Under the pieces are notes generated by a model. That model was given only the letters and a program-made list of their open reading frames with translations. It was not told where the DNA came from and made no database searches. Source: Bugula neritina (taxonomy: Eukaryota; Animalia; Bryozoa). From it: a stretch of 64,000 bases of DNA. The translations under genes were made by a program, and so were the position numbers. Below are positions 1 to 14,900 of this stretch, in pieces (the first letter of the stretch is position 1; each line of letters opens with the position of its first letter). The stretch is from positions 2,202,741-2,266,740 of the forward strand of contig OZ037768.1 in assembly GCA_964035545.1 (NCBI GenBank). Reading direction: 5' to 3'.

Positions 1-340
1 TGTAAGTACAGTGTAAGTGTATGCTGTAAGTACATTGTAAATGTATGCTGTAGGTACATGTAAGTGTATGCTGTAAGTACATTGTAAGTGTATACTGTAG
101 GTACATGTAAGTATATGCTGTAAGTACATTGTAAATGTATGCTGTAGGTACATGTAAGTGTATACTGTAGGTACATGTAAGTGTATGCTGTAAGTACATT
201 GTAAATGTATATGCTGTAGGTACATGTAAGTGTATGCTGTAGGTACAGTGTAAGTACATGCTGTAGGTACAGTGTAAGTATATGCTGTAGGTACAGTGTA
301 AGTGTATGCTGTAGGTACATGTAAGTGTATGCTGTAGGTA
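1..340. repeat. Intronic minisatellite, about 23-bp unit TGTAAGTGTATGCTGTAGGTACA (ACY1 intron)
   Basis: Direct reading; about 14 degenerate copies, truncated by the window edge. Confidence 0.9.
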
Positions 341-387
341 TATATATATAATAGGTTCTAATAGCCTGGGTAACTTACTGGTTGTAG

Positions 388-1492
388 CAACAGAGAGAAG
401 GAGGAGTAACGTCTACAGACCCTGATGATAAGTGGTGGAAAGCCTTCATGACTGCTATTGACAAATGGTAAATCAATGCTCTCTGCTGAATGGTGACGCG
501 AAAATTTACATTTTCTTAAAAAATCAGAGATGTTTAGGTTTGGCTTTAGCAGCAGTTCGTAGTTGACTCCTAGAAGTGTACACTATATGAATAATTTGAT
601 GTGACAAGCTGTGATCTCAGGTTTATGTTTATTATAATCACCTCTCTTGCTCTCTTTGCACTAATTTCGTTACAAGTTGGCAGCATAATAGAGTTTCCAG
701 TTTACGCGATAAATATTCATTCATAGAAATTGTTTATTTGAAGACAGCGTGAACATTTCTCTATTATTAATTTAGGACTTTTATCTCAGCTTGTCAAGAA
801 AAATACTGCTCTGGTATTTAAAATTTTTTGGATTGTTTTGTAGCGGAGTGAAGATTGTGAAAGAGATATTTCCAGCTGGCACAGACAGCAGATATTTGAG
901 AGATGTACGTCTGCATAACTCTTATATAAATCTATACTATTCTATACTGTATAGCTCTATTCTATACTATTCTATACTATATACTCTATTCTATACTGTA
1001 TACTCTATTCTATACTGTATACTCTATTCTATACTGTATAACTCTGTTTTATACTATATAACTCTATTCTATACTATATAACTATAATATTCTATATTAT
1101 GCAATATACCTATGCAGTATATAATATGCTGTTATATTACCAGTACATTTGCACTGTGTTTTAACCTTCTATAAAGATGTTATGAAAATAGTATTTCTTA
1201 CTTACTAAAAGGCATTTCAGATAAATTATTTTGCCACTTGAGTTTGATTTTTCTCTAGTAGAAATATGTGTTTTACATGTAAATGTATTTCTCATTTTCT
1301 GTCTCTTGAGTTAGATCAGATAGATTGTATGTCTTGTTGTAGATCGGCCTACCAGCTATTGGGTTTTCACCCATGAACCATACCCCCATTCTACTCCATG
1401 ACCACAACGAGTATTTAAATGAGAAAATCTTCCTTGATGGTGTTCAAATATACAAAACCATCATTGAACATGTGGCCAATACACAGGAGTGA
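388..1492 (+). CDS. ACY1: Aminoacylase-1, last three coding exons (388-467, 844-904, 1343-1492); 5' part lies outside the window
   Basis: Spliced translation QQREGGVTSTDPDDKWWKAFMTAIDKC-GVKIVKEIFPAGTDSRYLRD-IGLPAIGFSPMNHTPILLHDHNEYLNEKIFLDGVQIYKTIIEHVANTQE* matches the M20A aminoacylase C-terminus (PAxTDxRY, GFSPMNxTPxLLHDHxE). GT-AG phases are consistent. Confidence 0.93.
930..1095. repeat. Degenerate TATACTCTATTC/TATACTG low-complexity repeat (ACY1 intron)
   Basis: Direct reading; source of the YSIL-repeat ORF. Confidence 0.8.
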
Positions 1493-2915
1493 TATTGAAA
1501 ACAGTTAATATTACAACTGCACCATATTATATACTTCTGCTTTTTTATGCTTGCCAATAGCTATACATTAATAATCTGATAATAATCTAGTCCAAGTTTT
1601 ATTGTTCAGCATACATTTAAATGCTTCATTAAAGTCTTTTTTTACATTTTGACTAAATCAATTAGTATTTCTATATTATTTTATATTTAGGTGACAACAC
1701 ATCTACAATACAAAGAAAGCTTCATCATCATAGCTTTTGAATTGTGTTAGATTTATCTTCCCTTTCTCAACAATTTTCTAAACAGAAACTAATGGGTCAG
1801 CTGTTACTGGGTTTCGTCTGCACTAGACTTCCTGTGTTAGTTCTGATCAAATGCAAAACCACTAGGGCCTAGGCAATAAATGAATACTCATAATATCAAT
1901 ATACATGTATTTATTTATATGTACATATTATTTTGCAGTAGCTACAGTAATAACTAATCAAATGCAGTACTAATAGTGCTATTGATAGTCTGTATCACTA
2001 TCAGAGTGAATATATTGCATCTCTGTAACTGTAAGTCTTAAAGCTAATCTGCTACTCGTACTCATACTGATACTCTTGGTCTTGGCCCTTGGGCTTATTT
2101 CTTAGGGTTAGTGATAAGCACATTCACAATACTTTAGATAAGCTATAATTATTATTTATACTGATAGTCAGAGTAAAAATTTCAGTCAATATTGTAACTT
2201 TTAGTGCAAGACTGAATACTCGAAGCTAAACATTAATAATTAACTGATTGAAACTAAATCTAAATGTAAGTGTGCAACTTGCATGTTGATCTTGTAGTCA
2301 TTGTAAGTGTTACACTTGTGGTGAGCTGTACAGTGTACACTTTCAAAGTCAATGTGATTGTACTTGTAGCAGTAGTGATACTCTTGGTCATACCGATACT
2401 CATATTCATACCCACTTTATCATACTGAGTTGACTAGAAATAACTGAACATAACCACAGGTAATGGTATTCTTACAAAGTTGGATAGAGAAACTCAAACT
2501 GTTATGTTTGATTGTTAGCTGTAATTGACTATTACTAATACTATTAGTGCTAATTTTAGCCTTTACTAAGCATGCTACATGATGATGGACTGATGGTGAT
2601 GATAATTACTACTAATTAATGATTTAATACAAATATGTTAAATAAATTTTATGAATAAGGACATTGATAGACTCCAAATAAAATTAGTCTGGGAGGACTA
2701 ATTTTTCTTTGATATTGTATTTTATAGTTGTGATAGTGACCATCATTATTGATTATTTTTATGGTTATGATAGATTAAGAAAATTGATTGTAAATTTATA
2801 ATAAAACCAGTAGCTGTTATGATATATTACTATGTCACCCCCAACTATATGTAATAATGCTGTACACTATAATATTGAATTTCATCATATATTTTATTGT
2901 AGTTGTGCTTCAGTG

Positions 2916-5900
2916 ATGTCACCAGCAAGATATAAATATGGAAAGCATCCTCCTTCCAGGTTTCAGATAAGAGAGTCTATGTACACTGCTACAGAACTAC
3001 TTGTATACAATGCTTTATTAGGTACTGTGCTCATTTAACAGATTGAGGTCTATATCATAGTAAAGCAAACATCTCTTCCCATCTACAGTTATGCCTTTTC
3101 AAAATATTATGCATTTGTTACATGAAACCTGTAATAACCAGTAGACTGAAACAAAGGAGTATATGAATTGATATGATCTGAATCTCTTCAGCAAGCATAA
3201 GTAAAAAACTGACTTTCTTTGCAGCTCTCAGTGATTCTTATGGTGCAGAATTTGCAAATACAAATTTTCAGCCTGTAAAGAAAGAGGCTGAAGAGTTAAA
3301 GACAAGTGAAGGTAATATTAAGGCATTTCTATGTCAACACATCTAAACATAGTTCTATACACTTCTCTGTTTGAATCAGGAGTAAAGTTTGATTGTTGCT
3401 ATGCAAGTTTTTGCTTCTTCAGGTAATGTGGATAAGGAACATAACACAGAAAATATTAGCATCAAGCGGGAGTGCCCTTATGACACTGACTCAAGGTGAG
3501 TATGTGTCAAACTCTGAGAATTGTTGTTTTCTTATTCTCTATATTTTATTACACTATGTTGCCAAGCTGCTAATAGCTTTAGCATTACTTATGGCTTCAA
3601 ATTTTAGAGAGTGAATAATTCTGTTAAATTTTTTCGACCCAAAACATATATGCTTTCCAAACATTTGAAAACATATTTTTTTAAATTAATAACATTTTAA
3701 AAATATAAGTTTATGTTATCTCAAGTAATAGCCAATTTGTACATGATTTCCGGCATTTCCAAATTTGTTGTTTGCCCTGTTTCTATTTTTTATTCAACTA
3801 TCATTTTCTTAACTTTTGGTTGAAATGCATCCACGTTTATTTAATCAGGGCTTTACTCAATTATCTGCCAATTTTTAGCTGTAGGTGGACAAGGCATTAC
3901 TTTGCATGCTGGTTTATTTACATTTAAATTTAACTTTTAAAGCCATATCAAATGAAATATAGAAATTTGATTTCTGCACCATATTTTTAATTTTACCCAA
4001 AAGATGTTTATGAAGCATTAATTAAATTCAATCACTTATAGAAGAAAGATTTACAAGTCCAAGAGGGCAATCGCTAAACCCAAGCTGAATGACACTTTCC
4101 TGGAAGAAGAAGAGGATCGAGTTTCAGTGATTCCAACATCCAATCCTGCAGCTTCAGTCCCTTCTAACCCTGCCTTTGAATGCTTTGCAACTGCAATACA
4201 ACCTGCTGCATCTATCCCTTCTCCAACAGTCTCCACCCCTTCTATAGTTGCTTCTAAAAATATAGCCACACCTTCTTCAACCTTCACAAAATTCTCCACA
4301 GCTAAACATTCTGAAATTCCAGTTAGAATTTCCTCGGTAGTGCCTAAATCTCCGATACTTGATTCTGAACCTTCCACGTCCAGCTCAAAGAGTTTTACAG
4401 CAGAGGCCAAAACAAGTCATACTAACAGCTGTAGAGATGTAGAAATAGCTACAAGAGCAGCAGTCACAACCTCGACACCGCAGTCTACATCACATCACAT
4501 TCAAGGTAGCCAGACTCTGTTGTGTTATACCTATTAGCTTATTGAGATAATCAACTTTTTGTTAGTATCCTATTGTATCGGGTAGAAAATAAACTTATTT
4601 AATTTTCAAGTGGTTGTTTATATACAGCTTGGCTTAAGTACCTTTTAATTTGTTGAGCTCTTCTGTTTCATAGATGATAAAAATTTCAAAATCTAAAAAG
4701 ATTATCTCCTCCTCATAACTGAAATTTCTACAGCTTTTATTGGACCCTGTACGCGTATCATTAAATACAATTGTAATATTAATTCAACTAGAAAGTTGAA
4801 GTGATTTGAATGATTTTAGCTCGAGAAATAGAGTAGAATACATGTTCAATATATATTATTTTGTGTTTGCCTCAAGCAAGAGTAATCTTCTCTACTTCCT
4901 TTTTGTAGTTGTGAGTAGGCAACTCTCAAAATATATATTTGCAGTAATCAACTGTTTGCCTGCATACAAAGGTAAGCAATATGCTAAAAGGTTTAATGCT
5001 ATCACTGACAGATGCTGAGTGTTACAAAGATACTGGAAAGGTGACTCCAACTTCAACAACCAAAACGAAAAGCAAATACTCGACGCCCACCACTGCATCC
5101 ACCCCTCTCTTTCTTACCCCTACTACTGCCACTGTATCCACCTCTCTCTTCCGTACCCCTACTACTCCTACACCATTGACTTCCAGAAAAAGTTCCTCCC
5201 GAAGTTTTTCTTCTACTCCAGTTAGTAAAAAGAAAAGTACTGTTACATCAAATGGTACGTTTCTGTATAAAGGGCACCACATATAAAGCTATTGTTTCAT
5301 TTCAGCTCATTTAATTTCAGCTTGAGCCTATTTTTATTGTAAAATTGTTGCTCTGGAAGAAAGTTTAGAAATGTTGCTCAGACTCATTGCTAGCCAGACG
5401 TTCAGATCTGTCATAATAAATATGCCATGTTGTTGGGTGTGACTCTCTATAACTACAGTATAAAATGCTATCATTATTATGAAACACTGCTACCTCATGT
5501 AACACCGTCATCTAATATCTCATCGCTGCGTAATTTATTTTTCATTCTTTGCCATTTATTACTGCTAATTCTTTGCCAGGTGGTAAAAGTCCTGTCCAGA
5601 ATTCTTTGGAGGCCAAGAAATGGAGCGAGTATATGTTTCAAAATCACAAGCATCTGATTAATCTTGCACAGCGCGCTAAGGTTGCAGTGTGTCTAACAAG
5701 CAATACACCTGTCAAGGTACCATCTGTTTACTCTGTTGCTCTGATAATTTTATGCAACATTCTCATGGCTTCCGCCGGTGTTTCTGGGAGGGAGCCTAAT
5801 CTAGGGTGTTAATTGCTTCACAATTATCTTGATGCTAATAATCTTATAAAATTACATCAATTTTCAATAAAAAAAATTGAATTATGTCTCCCGAGAGCAA

Positions 5901-8900
5901 TCATGATAACAATAGTCATGATTTTCTCATTGCTTAGTTTTAAACTTTGACAATGCGTGGAATCACTATTGACTATCACCTCTGTCATTACGTCACCAAT
6001 ATGATCAATGTTGCTTTTCTCAAATCATATTTACTGTTTGCCATGGGTGAGGGCTGCAGACCTGGTGTTGCTTGTATTGTTAGAAGTTCACTTTATTGTG
6101 TTTTATTATTTACTATGTCTACTGGAAGGTGTTGACCCCCTGCTCTTCTCTTTGTCTAGCTAAGTGTGAAAAGTCACCTACAATGCTCTGTTATTCAGGG
6201 GGCCGGAGACTGTAAACTCACTGCATCAATGGCATCAATTCAGATTTCATTAGCTTTGGAGCCGAACACAGAGGGGCTGTGGGAGAGCTTCGTCATACCT
6301 CTTTCTATATCCTCTAATAGCCCTCTGCATTCACACTCTCAATACATCAGGTGGAATTTCAATCATGTCAATTATTTACTCAATTGATCTATTCCACTGC
6401 CCATTCATTCAATCACAGTTAGTGCTTGTCATGAGTTGTTTACACAGTTCCTTGTTGTAACACCTCCTGCATGTTACTTTCTATTGTATTGCTCAAGTTA
6501 ATTTCTCTTTTCATTTTTACTGCATTTTGCTGTCTGGTTAGCCCTGAGTGCAAATACTGGGTCTTCTTTATTATAACAATGACTCACCTAATCTGAATTT
6601 AGCAAAAAGTACAAACTGCAAACTTATAGATTGTCTTTGCATTTACTTTTTCATATGCTGTGCTATCATGCAGCTAGAAGTATAAACAATATAGTCTCAT
6701 TATAACACGGCTTGCATAGTCATCAACTAAATGCAGCATTTTAAGCTCAGATATCTTATGTTTCAAGCATATTTGACCTGCCATTTTGGTATATGGTTTA
6801 TGTAATATTATTTCAATTAATTATCATTACGTTTTATTATTGAAACATATATATTATTATATTATGTTATTATATATAGTTATGCTACAGGTCAATTGTG
6901 TTGTCAGTCTTCAAAGTAGAAACCGTCCTGTGTAATAATGCAAAGTTACTCATTAGTCAGCTAATAGACTCCGAGCTTCTTCACATTTCAGGCAAGTGGA
7001 GCACGACATATTTTCAGTCTTCTTAGTTTTGTTTTTCTTCACTAATTTCTGTTGGTTTGTACATTCAATAGCTTTAATATACTTTTTAGTTAAATATTGG
7101 TGCTGTGCTGAAGTGATGAGTTTCGTTTCAATAAATTCAGGGGATACAATTCTATTTTCCAGATATTCACAGTTTGAAGTTTGATGATGTTTGCTTGGCA
7201 AGTTGGCTGTTGGACTCAGATAGCTTCTCTAAGAACGATCTGTCATACACTTGTTTGACTTATGAAGTACGCCTTGCAACATAATACTAAATTTAATTTG
7301 TGTATGTTGAATGAAGTAGAATGCTTTCCGTAGCCTGAATATATTAATAGTATTATACAAATTGTGTAGAGCTTGGTCTTAAAATGTTGCAACATGAAGC
7401 AAAGCTGCTAGTAATTAGCTAGTGAAAGCAACGTGTTGATTATATAAGGAAATCTTTGTTTGTTGAGGCAGCTGGCATAACTGGGTGTGTATATTCAGTC
7501 AACTATTGCCTGCATTTGCTACTTTTTGTGTATTTAATGTTTGCTTCATGTTTTTAAATAATCTCTTGGCCATAAAAAATGATAATAGATTATTGAAATT
7601 TACCTATAATATTTTAATATGGTACATTTTTAGTGCTAGCTTCATATTGGCAATATCATGTGCTTTTCTTGCCATGAAAAGCTGCATTTCATGTAATTTG
7701 CTTTTATTTGACACTCAGTATTTTTGGCACCTGCTCTTGACCAAATAGCTAGACATGATATACTTTAACATTGTCCATTGTCCATCTACCTTCCAATCTC
7801 ATTAAAAGCTACCATCTATCTATCTTTCAACATATGTCATCAAACAGTATGTGCACATTGCCTACTTGCCACTGCAAGCTAAAGATACCGGTAATTTCGT
7901 TTCTAAGTTAATAATTTACATGTTCAACAAGGAATATCTTATAACAATTGGCCACTAAGTCTATATAAAGCTTTTAAAGTGTTGTAAGAATCTGATAACT
8001 ATAGTGTTATTATTGGTAGGTTCTGGCTATGAACAAACTTGCCCGGGAACTGCTCACAAAGTTCCATGAACAGTTCAACACGTTGAAGAATAAAAATGTT
8101 TGGAATGTTTATATTTTGGAGTTGTCTCTTGTCTCTATTCTGGTTACTATGGAACATAAAGGGTTGCAAGTTGATAGTGACAATTTGAATACCTTAGACA
8201 GAGTTATGAGTGTAAGTGTGCCGCTGTATCACAATCACATTGTGTTGAGGGAATGTAGCCACTTCAGTAAAGCTACAATTCAAGGTTTCTTGGTGACACA
8301 CCTATACAAAACATTGTTGCTCTACCAGCTTTATTCTTATCATCAAATGTCTTTTGTTTGTTAGAAATAGTAATCTGCAAATTTATTCCAGGGGCACACT
8401 GTTTCTATTGTTATATAATTTCAACAATGGTTATAAGTATTGCTTGAACCCCCATATCTCTCTGTTTCATAACAGTAATATGATATGAACTAATATTAGT
8501 AGATCTTCAATTATGTAATATAATGTTGCAAGGACAATGCATAATATTAGTTCAGCTAACAAAGCCTTTATTCCGCTCATGTAATTAGCTAATATTTCAA
8601 AATAAGAAAAAAATTTGTTTCTTACAGACTGAAATTAAAGCCTTAGAGAAAAAGTGTACGACTTGTATTGGAAGTCCAATTTCACTCAACAGTGCTGCTC
8701 AAGTTAGGCAGGTGTGTGAGAAACTAACCACAAACATGAAAACATATATATTGGCCACGATATACATATTGTATGCTATAATACAGTATAAATAGTAGAT
8801 ATATAAATATGTTAAAATATTATAATGCAATATTTGTATGAGTTTTATGTATATTATTTGCAATGTATATATTTAGACAAATAATTTTGGGTACAAGATT

Positions 8901-11900
8901 TAGTGTAACTGAATGGCATCAATATTTCTCATGCTATATACAAAATAGTATAAATGCAAATAACTAAATGACGAAGAAATGTTTTGGTAGAGGTACTCTA
9001 TGGCACTACTATATTAGTTATTTCCCCAATAAGCACCACATTCTACAGGTATTATACGATCACCTGAAGCTGGATCAACACTTGCCTAAGAATACTTTGT
9101 ACAGGACCGCCAAGGGTCAAGAAATGTCGACCTCTGAAGGAATGCTGAAACAACTGGTTCCGTATCACCCTCTACCTAGTGTCATTCTGAAACACAGACA
9201 GGTATATCTTCTGCAGCTGTCATAGTAAACATGCTAACTGTGTTTTATTTCTAGTTTGAGTTCAAATTATTCAAATACACTCTTCTAATTCACCCAAAAT
9301 ATGTTATCTATCAGACCTGATGCATTTACAGCACATTGTTTTATTTCTTGCATACTACTATAAAATTTATTGTGAATTAATCCAATAATTAATCCACAGC
9401 TCTGTATTAATATCAACCAGTGCTATGGTAGTGGAGAGTAGAGCAGAGTTGGTGTAGTCTATAGAGTAGATACACTAGGCTTTCAGTACCATCTATTTAT
9501 TAGAACTCATGTAATTCTGAATAGTTGTGGTTCCTTCTTAGCTCCCTGCAAGGGTTCTCTGTATATTAGGCTGTTGTTTCTTTTACTTTAGACTGTGTTT
9601 TAGATCTACAAAATACACAGCACCTATATTGCTGGAATGAGAGGGTTTATAGTGAACAACGTGTTGAAAACTCAATGGGATCAAACAGCTGCCTCTACTG
9701 GCAGGCTACAGTCTATCAAACCTAATATTCAGGCTATACCGAAAACTTCTCTCTCTTGGGTCACTGGTTAGTAGCTGTTGTAGAGTTTCCCATGTGGTGT
9801 TTGTAATGCTGCGTGAACTGCTATAGACGTACCGCTGTAGAACTGGTGCTAGCTTGTTAGGTTGTCTGGAAATATTTTGCATTCATAACAATCTGCGCAG
9901 AAAAAGTATGGTTAACGGTGAATATGATTGGTGATTACTAATAGAAAATTGTTCTACTTTGTCTATGTTTTCGAGTATTAGTATATTACTACCTTCAGTT
10001 TGTCACTATATGCAACATACACTATGCCTTGACTATGCCTAATAGACATGCCATGTATGTAATTCTTTAGCCTTAGCACCTTGAAAATAGTTATTGTTAT
10101 GTGAGTGCTCCGTCAACTTTACTTCACCTTTGTTGACCCCAACACACATACAGGTTTACAGGCTGCCCTTTACTTTGAAATTCGTCTGGGGCTGTTTTGA
10201 CTGCGATAGAGTTCACATTTATTTGGTCAGGTATTTTATGAAATAGAGAGTTACTGACATGACTAGAATTGAATTACACTTTTGTAGTAAGAAATAGTTT
10301 AAATATTTTATAGTGATATTTCTGGTGTCATGGTCTAAATTTTTTGCATATTCAGTCATTGAAGTTTTGTATTACATAATTTTGACACCATGATGATGCT
10401 GTATGCCATCAGTCTGGGAATCTAAGCCCAGTTTCTATGTACGCAGGCTGCCAGTTGGTGTTAAGAGTTCAAACGTACAGCGCCTATAGCAGACTGTAAC
10501 ACACAAAGCTTGCGACAAACATTTCTTACTTACACTGGATATAATATGAAACAATAAGCCTTATATAGTAACATTAAATTAAAAAACTGCATATTGTCTT
10601 AAGAAAGTACCATGGAACATTAGGCACGTATAAATGTGTCTGAATCAGCAGAATATTTAGCTGAAATGTGTGCGAATTAAACTTTTGATTGCCATCAAAA
10701 ACGTGGTAATGAAGCGGAGCAATTGTTTGCATATTATATGAATAAGCTTTGAGGAATTCACGCACAAAGAATGCTTGCATAGGTACAACCGTTTGTGTTG
10801 GTTATAGTAACCCATGCTCACGCTGCTGCTTGCAGTGTTCGTTACCCTAACGCTCAGCATTATATTATTCTTTGATAGATGATGGTGAAAAGGTGGTGGT
10901 TTGCCCACGTAGTGTCTATGTGTCCCGTCCTGGCTACACCTTGCTCTCAGTGGGTGAGAAAACGGATGTATCTCGTACCCTCCGAATTTTTAATACAGTT
11001 CTTTTTCCATCTGTCTAAAGTACACATCTAAAAATTTTTGTTTCACTCTTCACTCTACGCTATCTTTTACTTTTTTCACTTTTTGCTATACTTCAACGCA
11101 AAACTGGGCTGCTCGCTGCATAAAATGGGTGCTTGTGGAAATGTAATGCAATAGCTAAAAGTCTGAGTTGCTGAAGTTAAACTGGACTTGGCTGTCAAAA
11201 TGGATGCCATCTTTCAGGCGAGTAGGTGCCAAGCCATGGCATATGTTCTGGTCACATGCTGACAAGTGACAAGTATTTATAGGCTGGCAAATTTTATCCC
11301 AAAATCTCTCATATTTTGTAACTAATTTTCTTCAAGCCTGGAATACACAGATTGGCGATTAAATGCCTCATTTTGCTACGTGGCTTATGATTTAAAGTAT
11401 TTGACTGTAATTACATTCAATACATGTGAAGGCATAGTAGGTTAGACTGCAGTTATATTATGCAATTATAAATTTTGAGCATGAGTAACCCGAATTGCTT
11501 CATATGAATAGAGAAAGACATTCTTGAAAAACAAGTCAACAAGTATTGTTATGATTAGCTTTTATAAGCCCCGAGTTGATTTGGCTTACGTTATTCAACC
11601 CTGATTTTTGTTGCTCATGATTAACTATAGAAAGTTGTAGCAGCTGCTTTTGTGTAGTATGTAATATTGTTTGCACTGCTTGTTGTTTTGATTCATACAT
11701 CTATTGTCTTTATGGCCTCGCTGATATTGATTAAGTGTCGGGATTTTTTTTCAATGTTGAAAGTAAATACATCAAATCTTGTTTGTCTGAAACAAAGATT
11801 TTGAAGAAATATATTTGAGGGTTAGAAATATCAAGAAAATGTTTATTTTGGGACTTGGAAGTATCCAATTTAAAAAATTTAGACTTTACATTCTCACTAA

Positions 11901-14900
11901 TGTATAACTTGTTTTATTTCATTTCAGATTTCAAACAGATTGAGCTGCGAATATTTGCTCATATAACTTGTGATAAGAAGTTGATAGGTGCTTTCAGTGA
12001 TGATACTAAAGATATATTTGAACAGCTTTCTATTCTTTGGTGAGAGTATTGAAATGTTTGTGGAACTAAAGCTAAAAATATTAATGTGCTCGAGTAAAAG
12101 GATCATTAATGCTCATTAATTTACCTGCAATAAATATTTAGTTGAGTTTTAATCTTTGGGCTAATTTATATAATGAAAAAATATATATTGCCATTGAAAT
12201 AAAAAAACAAAAAAGCTATTTGGTGTTACACAGACACATTATTTTTACATTATATATGCTGTTTACACCTGGTATGGCACCTTTTCCACTCCGACAAGTA
12301 TAATTTATTGCTCCTCCCCGCCCTTAAATGCATCATCTCTGGTCCACCCTCGGAAATGCTGCATGAATAAAGTCTTGCATAAGGAATAATTCTATGCTAT
12401 AGGATGTTAGTGTCATCCCTGGAGGCCTGCCCTGTCTACTGGTGTGTAAGTGAGTGTATATTTAGTAAGTTAATAGCACACTTCCTTGCCCATCATCTTC
12501 TAATCATAGCCTACACATAATGACATCACATTCGCTATATTTAGCGTATGGCTAACTTATCTTTAAGCACTTTTCAAACTTTTCTAATCACCTTTGTTCT
12601 GCCAAGGGATATTATAAAACAAAGAAGCTATAAAAGTAATACTATTTTTATACAGCTGCTCAATTAACGTAAATTTATTTTTCTTTTGGATTTAGAGAAA
12701 TTATTAAATGAAAAGGGGATTATTCATAGTTTTGAAAAATAATCAACTGGGAAGCTTACAATCTGCTCAACCGTTATAATATTTATATGTTCACTAAACA
12801 AACTTATAACCTGATGACCATTATGCAGATGTTGAGCAATACCATCTAGAAAATATTTTAGGAAAAGTAAAAATGTGCCAGAGACTGTGGGAGCTGAAAG
12901 GGAAAGAGCAAAAAAGATTGTTTATTCCGTGATGTACGGTGTAGGTATGTGTGTAATCAAAAAGCAAAATTTGTTTAGCTCTGATATTTGCTAAAAACTG
13001 GGGATAGCATTAAGCTGTGTATTAGCGTACATTTCTTAACAAAATGCATTTAAATTTGCATAGCAAGCTATTGCAGCATGTATTTTAGCTTCTATGTCTT
13101 TAATTTGTAGAAAATAAGACAGTAGGGTAGATTCTTTATTTGAGAAAAAGGTTACACAAAAAGATAATTCTATTTAATTCGTTTAGTAAATAAAACTTGA
13201 AGTAATGATGGTTTAAGTTGTTTTTTTCCTAATATAATGGGCATAAATCATAGTAACATTTTGCCATTCAGCTTACATGTGTAATAAATTTCTGTAAATT
13301 AAATTAAAATATAGTATATCAACCTATCCCTTTTACATAATTACTTTGCACGAAACACAAGGCCTGGGCAATTATCGCTGACTCCCTGAACTGTATTCAA
13401 CATGTCTACATATTTCATGATAATGCCTCAGAATTCCAGTCTAATTATTGCTAAGCTAAACTTAATTTCATTGATATTAGCAAATTATTATACCACTTAC
13501 ACTGTGTAGTGTTCATCACCCTGTTACTATTTCCATTGATGTATTCTATTCTAGATTTCTAATAGATGTACACTAGTAAACCTTTCATTCGTTGCACAGT
13601 AACGAAGCATATTTATTTTAAATTTTGTGTAAATTCAACCTATTGGTATTGATTGAGATGTGTCAAGTTGTAGTCAATTCAATATGCTGGCCGTATGCTA
13701 CGAAGATAGCACTAAACCTCCTACCAGTTTACAGCTGTGTGTGTACATTGTACCTGTATATATGTACTTCTAGTCTGGTATCATATGTTAATTCAGGGAA
13801 ATATAAGTTATCACAGCAATTAAACATCACACCAATGGAGGCTCAGAGCATAATGAATCGGTTCTTGCAAGAATTTCCTGGGATTCCAAGTTTTACAGCG
13901 AAAGTTATTGAATTGTGTAAGAATCAGGGTAAGAATTTGTCAAATTTGAATAAAGTATTGAGCTTTAAAGATTTCCCAACTTCTTCCTGCTGTTGCAAGA
14001 TGTTAGATGTAGTGTGTTAAATACTCAAATAAAGAATGAGCAATTTTCTGTTAACTTAAATGACGGAAGTTAAAAGCTATAGCAAGTTAGCATTGCAGGC
14101 AGTTAATCAACGGATCATGTACCAGGAAATGAATTTGAGCTAATTACCCAGTGCAAGACTTTATTTTCCATCCCAGAAGATGTGAGTTTGTTCCTGCCTA
14201 GTTTCCATATTCTCAAAGGAAACAGAATATTTTACACTGGGTCTACTAAAGCTGAGTTTTTGTAGACCAGTCACAACATACCATTTAGCTGTTTTATTTT
14301 CAATCTTTTTACAAAACATTTATTTTATGAACTATCAACATATCTAACTTTTTGGTGCAAGTAGAGGCCATGGTTTATCGTACATTTAAGTCCTCGGTGA
14401 CCAACTGGTACCGTACCCAGGTATATTAGACTGGCCCTTGTTTTCATAATGTCGGTGCTAGTTATACAGTGGAAACGAGAACTGTGGTATGGTGTATAGG
14501 CTTCAGTGAACTTTTATTATCCACCCACTATTTCTGCAGATGTTTTGTCATTTGTTTGTCAACTGAAAAATCTTCTGCTTCAGTTTCCTATAAACCTGAT
14601 TCAGTATATAAAAACCTGAAGCCATACTCGAGGGAAGTATTATATTCGGTTGACTTTCAATAACAGGAAGTTAAGGTTATACTCAGGGTTACTCCAATCT
14701 TTTGATCCATCAAATAGAAAGCTATACTTGAACTACTTATACTTATTCAGTTGAAGTTTCTGTCACACAACTCCTTCGGGCTTTTACTTATTTTCACAGT
14801 CAAATGAATATAAGTGGCTATTAAAAATATCATTATTAAATTGACAATTTTCAGTGTAATTTGTTTGCTAAAGGCAATATTTGAACCTCGGGGTATTGAA

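Noticed and set aside
4051-4410. 119-aa minus-strand ORF
   Set aside because: Antisense shadow of the S/T/P-rich POLN exon.
4945-4971. Possible 27-nt POLN exon (TTTGCAG...AAG|GTAAGC)
   Set aside because: It would leave a 40-nt downstream intron, much shorter than any other in this window, and it is not needed for frame.
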